This document shows, in pieces, positions 35,208-40,143 of a stretch of DNA of 40,143 nucleotides (positions are counted from its first letter, which is position 1; each line of letters begins with the position of its first letter). Under the pieces are notes generated by a model. The model had not been told where the DNA came from, did not search any database, and saw only the letters and a list, made by a program, of their open reading frames with translations. Origin of the DNA: Candidatus Micrarchaeota archaeon (GTDB lineage Archaea; Micrarchaeota; Micrarchaeia; Micrarchaeales; CABMGC01). A program made the position numbers and the translations under genes. The stretch lies in the NCBI GenBank assembly GCA_027319905.1, contig DAHVMJ010000006.1:1-40143 (forward strand), in the 5' to 3' direction.

Positions 35208-36359
35208 ATGCTCAGGCTGCCAAACATCTACCACTACAAAAACCTCAGGTTACTCATAGCGGTACCTCTTGTGCTGCTCGTGATCGGCCTCGTTCTCTCT
35301 ACGCAGATAGTGCTCGACACGTCGCTGCGCGGCGGAGTGAGCATAATAATACAGACGAACACGACGATCAGCGCGGCCACCCTCGCCAGCGAGATAAGCT
35401 CCTCTCTCCACGTGCAGGCGCCGCAGATAGCCACGAGCCCAGGCGGCCTGCAGATAACGCTGCCGATAAACCAGAGCCTCGCGCAGGCAGACACGTATCT
35501 GATACAGTTCTACGGCGAGAAGAGCAACTACTCCGCCTACCTTGTCAACGCCACCTCGCTCAGCATAGCATACCAGCAGAACAAGACTCCCGCTCTGCTG
35601 CAGCAGATAAAGCAGGTCAACGCCGAGATAAACGCATCGCTTCTCGGAATGCAGACGGCGCTGCGCGGAGAGATATCGGCGCTTCAGCCTTTCGGGGCGC
35701 AGAACAACGTCACCAATTCCACGGATCCCGGCGCGCTCCAGCAGACGGCGCAGTCGGCATTCGGCTCTGCAAGCGCCAGGTACCAGAACCAGACGATAGC
35801 GGCGCTGCACAGCATAGTGCCCTTTACCTCCTACTCGTACCAGCAGGTCACTCCCACGCTGGGCCAGTTCTTCCTCGGCGAGCTCACCAACACGATAATC
35901 ATAGCTTTCGTGCTCATCTTCTTCGTCGTGTTTCTCATCTTCCGTTCTCCCATACCCTCCATAGCAGTAGTCTTCGGCGCTGCGAACGACATCATAATAG
36001 CGCTGGGTGCGATGGGGCTCTTCAAGATACCGCTCGGAGTGGCGAGCGTTGCCGGCCTGCTGATGCTCATCGGCTACTCCATCGACACTGACGTGCTTAC
36101 GGCCATACGCATACTCAGGCGCGGCGAGGGCACCCCTGAGGACAGGGCGTACTCGGCCATGCGCACCGGAGTGACGATGACCGCGACGGCGATAGTGTCC
36201 TTCGCCGTTCTCTTCATCATCTCTGTGGTGGCGTACGTGCCAACCTACTATGAAATATCGGGCGTTGTGCTCTTCGGCCTCATAGGCGACATAGCAACAA
36301 CGTGGCTCGGCAACGCCTCAATCATACTGCTGTACAAGAAGAGAAAGGAGAGGATCTAG
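35208..36359 (+). CDS. secF: Protein translocase subunit SecF
   Basis: 'DTSLRGG', 'V.PTLG..F', 'LIFRS.IPS', 'AGLLMLIGYSIDTD', 'GLIGD..TTW..NA'. Confidence 0.93.
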   Translation: MLRLPNIYHYKNLRLLIAVPLVLLVIGLVLSTQIVLDTSLRGGVSIIIQTNTTISAATLASEISSSLHVQAPQIATSPGGLQITLPINQSLAQADTYLIQFYGEKSNYSAYLVNATSLSIAYQQNKTPALLQQIKQVNAEINASLLGMQTALRGEISALQPFGAQNNVTNSTDPGALQQTAQSAFGSASARYQNQTIAALHSIVPFTSYSYQQVTPTLGQFFLGELTNTIIIAFVLIFFVVFLIFRSPIPSIAVVFGAANDIIIALGAMGLFKIPLGVASVAGLLMLIGYSIDTDVLTAIRILRRGEGTPEDRAYSAMRTGVTMTATAIVSFAVLFIISVVAYVPTYYEISGVVLFGLIGDIATTWLGNASIILLYKKRKERI

Positions 36360-37963
36360 TGTTTACAGACTACCTGAAGGACTTCAGGATATCCATCCTG
36401 CTCGTGCTGATAGTCGCGCTCATAGTCCTCGACCTGCTCTTCGGGGGACCGCATGGTCTCCACCTCGGCGTCGAGTTCATAGGCGGCACGCAGGTGCCCG
36501 TGCAGCTTGAGCACAGCGTGAACCCCAGTACGATGAGCAACCTGCTTACGATACTCCAGGAGCGGCTCTCTACCTTCGGACTCAAGCAGATAACTGTAGA
36601 GGGCATAGGTAACTCGGAGGTATACGTTACCATACCGTCCGTCTCGCAGAGCGAGGTGCAGAGCACAATCTCTGTCATAGAGAGCCAGGGCGTCTTCCAG
36701 GGAATAGTCAACGGCAAGGAAGCACTCAACGGTTCCGGGTTGCTGAGCGGAAGCATAGGCGCGGCGCAGCCCGTGGTGTTGGGAAGCAACGTCTCGTGGG
36801 CCGTCAGCTTCTTCATCACCCAGCCTGCGGCGGTGAGGTTCTCGAAGGTCGTCTTCGGGCAGGGCAACCAGCCGCTCTACATGTTCCTCGACAGGCCGAA
36901 CAATGCGATGCTGCTCTTCAACGCCTCGCTGTTCCAGAGCGCGACATCTGCCGGAGCGAACCAGACCGGCGCGCTGCAGGCGATGCAGCAGGCAACGAAC
37001 TTCGGCAACAACACCATACCTATAGAGATATACAATCCGGACCTGAGCAACATAGCATCTGTCGAGTCCTTCTTCGCTGTGAACCGCGGCAGGTACCAGA
37101 GCGTCATACTTCCAAGGAACTCTCCAGCCGGGATAGTATCGAACCTCACAGCCCTGAACTATACACTCCGTTATGTGACCCCGCAGAACCTCACGCCCAT
37201 AATCACCGCTGCCATCACGGGCCAGTCGCAGCAGACAATAGTCGACACGTGGCCGGCGATAGGCCTGCTCTCAGCGCCGATACTCAACCCAGGGATAACA
37301 AACGGCTCTGTGAGCCAGAGCTACCAGATAAGCGGCTTCGCGCCCCAAACGCTCTCAAGAACGGCGCAGCTCGCATACGCGAACAACCAGTCGACACAGA
37401 TAGCAAGCATACTTAAGGGAGGCGCGCTGCCGGTGCACGTGATAGTGGGCACACCCACAACCATACCGCCCACGCTCGGCTCGCACTTCGAGCTGATAAG
37501 CGTGATCGCGCTCATTGTTGCTATAGCAGCCGTATCTGTGACGGTTGCGGTAAGGTACAAGAAGCTCTTCCTCGTGTTTCCCATAGTCTTCACCACCATG
37601 GCAGAGCTCTTCATTATACTATCAATAATAGGGCTGATAGGCACGATAGACCTCGCCGCTGTGGCCGGAATGATAGCGGTGATAGGCACAGGCGTGGACG
37701 CGCAGATAATCATAACCGATGAGGTGCTGATAACCGGCGCCGAGCACACGCTCAAGCTCAAGCTCAGCAACGCGTTCTTCATCATCTGGGCCGACGCTGG
37801 CCTGCTCGTCGTTGCCATGCTTCCGCTTCTCTTCTCAACCACGCTCATCACGATAATAGGTTTTGCCGAGTCAACTATACTCGGCGTGCTCTTCGGCGCG
37901 TTCGTAACAAGGCCCGCCTACGGAGCCATAATAAGCAGGCACTACTCAAAGCAGCCAGCATAA
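36359..37963 (+). CDS. secD: Protein translocase subunit SecD
   Basis: 'LHLGVEFIGG', 'LKGGALP', 'IPPTLG', 'IDLAAVAG.IAVIGTGVDAQIIITDE', 'TRPAY'; GTG overlaps the secF stop by 1 nt. Confidence 0.93.
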   Translation: MFTDYLKDFRISILLVLIVALIVLDLLFGGPHGLHLGVEFIGGTQVPVQLEHSVNPSTMSNLLTILQERLSTFGLKQITVEGIGNSEVYVTIPSVSQSEVQSTISVIESQGVFQGIVNGKEALNGSGLLSGSIGAAQPVVLGSNVSWAVSFFITQPAAVRFSKVVFGQGNQPLYMFLDRPNNAMLLFNASLFQSATSAGANQTGALQAMQQATNFGNNTIPIEIYNPDLSNIASVESFFAVNRGRYQSVILPRNSPAGIVSNLTALNYTLRYVTPQNLTPIITAAITGQSQQTIVDTWPAIGLLSAPILNPGITNGSVSQSYQISGFAPQTLSRTAQLAYANNQSTQIASILKGGALPVHVIVGTPTTIPPTLGSHFELISVIALIVAIAAVSVTVAVRYKKLFLVFPIVFTTMAELFIILSIIGLIGTIDLAAVAGMIAVIGTGVDAQIIITDEVLITGAEHTLKLKLSNAFFIIWADAGLLVVAMLPLLFSTTLITIIGFAESTILGVLFGAFVTRPAYGAIISRHYSKQPA

Positions 37964-38086
37964 TGGTTACCCAAGCTATGCTCTATACGCTCTATTTCCT
38001 ATTATAACCACGGCGACCTGATATGGTCTTTGCTGCGTCGCCCGCGAAGGTCTCCTTCCGTCTGTTTGTCGGGAGCCACGCATGTC

Positions 38087-38129
38087 TGTTAACAAAAGGT
38101 TTATATATTTGTTTACAGTATGTTATACA
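38087..38129 (+). promoter_or_regulatory. TATA box flanked by three TGT-N2/3-ACA palindromic sites (candidate autorepression operator of vapBC)
   Basis: TGTTAACA 38087-38094, TTTATATA 38100-38107, TGTTTACA 38110-38117, TGTTATACA 38121-38129. Confidence 0.6.
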
Positions 38130-38132
38130 GAG

Positions 38133-38375
38133 ATGAACATGCGAACCGAAGAAGTTGTAGCTATCCGCGTTCCAAAGAGACTGAAAGACGAGCTCAAGGA
38201 GCTCGAAATAAGCCCGTCAGAACTCAGAGCTCAAATCGCAAAGCTGGTCAAGCAGAAGAAGCTCAAAGGCGTGCTCGACGAAATTGACAGGTTTAGAAGA
38301 AAGATCGCAAAGTCGTCTGGGGTAACGGCACCCTCGGCAGAGTCAATAAGGTGGGATCGTGAACACGGACACTGA
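38133..38375 (+). CDS. vapB: VapB-type ribbon-helix-helix antitoxin
   Basis: 'VVAIRVPKRLKDELKEL.I..SE.R', C-terminal 'SAESIR.DRE' typical of archaeal VapB; start 38133 or 38139. Confidence 0.85.
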   Translation: MNMRTEEVVAIRVPKRLKDELKELEISPSELRAQIAKLVKQKKLKGVLDEIDRFRRKIAKSSGVTAPSAESIRWDREHGH

Positions 38376-38787
38376 AGCTGTGGTAGACGCCTCTGCCATC
38401 GTGGCAGCCGTAGTGCCTGAGAAGCATTCTGAATGGGTGTCGGGGAGGCTTAGGAGATACGGCTACTTCCATGTGCTCGATCTGACGTACTATGAGGTTT
38501 CAAATTCAATCCTGAACAAGGTTTCAAAAAAAGAGCTTACAGGCAGCAAAGCGAGTGCATCATTCAGCGAAGCGCTCAAAGCCATGGCGCTGTACGAGAC
38601 CCACAGCTTTCAGGAAATAATATCCGACTCGCTGCACCTTGCTTCGAGCCTGGGCATAACGGCTTACGACTGCGCATATCTGCTGCTTGCCAGGAAGTTT
38701 GGATTAAGTTTCCTGACCCTGGACACGAAACTGGCGAAACGACTCGCCGGCTCATCGTATCTTGAACTCCTCGATTACCCGAAATGA
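38359..38787 (+). CDS. vapC: VapC PIN-domain toxin
   Basis: 'VVDASAI', 'YEVSN', 'ITAYDCAYL.LA', 'LTLD.KL'. Confidence 0.92.
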   Translation: MNTDTEAVVDASAIVAAVVPEKHSEWVSGRLRRYGYFHVLDLTYYEVSNSILNKVSKKELTGSKASASFSEALKAMALYETHSFQEIISDSLHLASSLGITAYDCAYLLLARKFGLSFLTLDTKLAKRLAGSSYLELLDYPK

Positions 38788-38825
38788 ACACCATGCGGTT
38801 AGGGTCATGCGCCTAGGTTGATTCA

Positions 38826-39455
38826 ATGAAGCACTGTCCGATATGCAACAGGTCCAGCGACGAAGCGAGGTTCTATGGCGAGTTCTGCGAGTTCTGCGCC
38901 GGCAAGAAGATGAGGGAGAAGCTCGCGAGGGAGGTCGAGGTCACCGCGTGCAGGGACTGCGGCAGGATAAAGGTGGCGGGAGTGTTTGTGCCCAACAGCG
39001 AGAGCAACATGCAGCAGCTTCTGTCCAGCGTATACAAGCCCTACAGGGTCAGGCTGATACACAACGCCAACGGCATAGCGCGCATGCAGATAACAGACGA
39101 GAGGCGCGACGGCATGAGCATAGAGCACAACGCGCACATAAAGACTCTGAGGACGCTCTGCGACACCGACGCTAAGAAGCGCTCAGGCTACTATGAGGCG
39201 GTTGTGCAGCTACGCGGAGACGAGGGCAAGGTGAGCAGGATGGCAGCCGCGCTGGAGAGATACCTGGAAAGGAACGACGCGTTCATAACAAAGATCGAGC
39301 AGAAGGAGCACGGAGTCGACATCTACGCCAGCAACAAGAAGGCCGCGTTCGCGTTCATAAGCGGCAGACACCTCGGGTTCAAGGGTTCGTACGAGCTCCA
39401 CGGGGAGAAGCGCGGCAAGCGCCTCTACCGCAACACCTACTTCATAACCCTCTGA
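38826..39455 (+). CDS. nmd3: NMD3 family ribosome biogenesis protein (archaeal short form)
   Basis: CxxC pairs 'CPIC','CEFC','CRDC', 'LCDTD', 'YYEAVVQLR', 'GVDIY', 'KRLYRNT'. Confidence 0.88.
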   Translation: MKHCPICNRSSDEARFYGEFCEFCAGKKMREKLAREVEVTACRDCGRIKVAGVFVPNSESNMQQLLSSVYKPYRVRLIHNANGIARMQITDERRDGMSIEHNAHIKTLRTLCDTDAKKRSGYYEAVVQLRGDEGKVSRMAAALERYLERNDAFITKIEQKEHGVDIYASNKKAAFAFISGRHLGFKGSYELHGEKRGKRLYRNTYFITL

Positions 39456-39528
39456 GTGCCGTCGTAGCGCCTCACACGTACATTTAAAAACATTGCAATC
39501 GCTTCTTTCACAAGCTTTGCGTGCGGTA

Positions 39529-40143
39529 ATGGTTGATGGCGTGGCAGCCAGGAAAAGGAATAGCGGTGTGCGCCTGAAAAGGGATGGAAAGAAGGCGCAG
39601 TCAGCCCTAGAGTATCTGCTGACCTACTCCTGGGCCATACTCCTCATAGCAATCATAGCATCTATCCTCTACCTTTTCGTCTTCGCTCCCTCTACAATAA
39701 CCCCAAGTTCGTGCACGTTCACGGGCGGCGCCTACTGCCAGGACGTGGTCTTCGGCTCCAACACCGCAAACACGGTGGTCGCGATGCTCCTGACCAACAC
39801 GCAGGCATACCCAATCGCGTACCCTGAGGTAAGCCTGAACTACAGCAGCTCGCAGACATCCACAGCGTGCAACCCCGACCTCGTCCTTGAGGGCGGGGCT
39901 ATTATATGCGATGTAAACATACCGACCACGGCCATCGCCCTCGGCTCTCTCGTGTCTGGCAAGATAACGCTCAGCGCCATACCCTGCCAGAGCGCGAACC
40001 TGACCGTGTGCAAGACGGGGCAGAGGCAGGCGTACGCTGGCAGCTTCAACACCCACGTATCTCCGCTGCTGACGTCCACCACATCCTCCATCGTGCTCAC
40101 TGTGCGCAACTCAACGCAGGCGGCCACGGGAAGCGGCAACCGC
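39529..40143 (+). CDS. Class III signal-peptide (pilin-like) surface protein, partial (runs off window end)
   Basis: Not in ORF track; manual translation MVDGVAARK...KKAQSALEYLLTYSWAILLIAIIASILYLFVF...SCTFTGGAYCQD..., open for 205 codons. Confidence 0.85.
   Translation, partial: MVDGVAARKRNSGVRLKRDGKKAQSALEYLLTYSWAILLIAIIASILYLFVFAPSTITPSSCTFTGGAYCQDVVFGSNTANTVVAMLLTNTQAYPIAYPEVSLNYSSSQTSTACNPDLVLEGGAIICDVNIPTTAIALGSLVSGKITLSAIPCQSANLTVCKTGQRQAYAGSFNTHVSPLLTSTTSSIVLTVRNSTQAATGSGNR

Noticed and set aside
37964..38083. Short minus-strand ORF or ncRNA between secD and vapB
   Set aside because: About 35 codons at most, with no recognisable motif or convincing structure

Overview
Gene-dense archaeal chromosome segment, most likely DPANN/Micrarchaeota-like (Alba, Sec61beta, archaeal SecF/SecD, NMD3, DGGGP-synthase-like UbiA, and several 'KAQSA(M/L)EYL.TY.WAIL' class III signal-peptide proteins). 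It is mostly housekeeping (argS, nth, EndoQ-like, agmatinase, YchF, HAD-type PMM, tRNA-Arg(CCT), tRNA-Leu(CAG)). Five accessory features stand out. (1) A minus-strand operon at 26206-29649: winged-helix regulator, an unannotated 54-aa protein, a 117-aa helical protein sharing its N-terminal motif, a circularly permuted ATP-grasp-like ligase and an M20 peptidase; this is a candidate peptide/protein ligation-deligation system. (2) Three dispersed pilin-like LamG genes with near-identical ends and unrelated cores, suggesting cassette-like variation. (3) An integrase-free AbiEi/AbiEii island between tRNA-Leu and a 5'-truncated, CCA-ending tRNA-Leu-like copy. (4) A GT-C / carbamoyltransferase / radical SAM / GT2 glycan-tailoring cluster. 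(5) A second GT-C gene interrupted by an in-frame TGA. All assignments come from motif reading by eye; no database searches were run.
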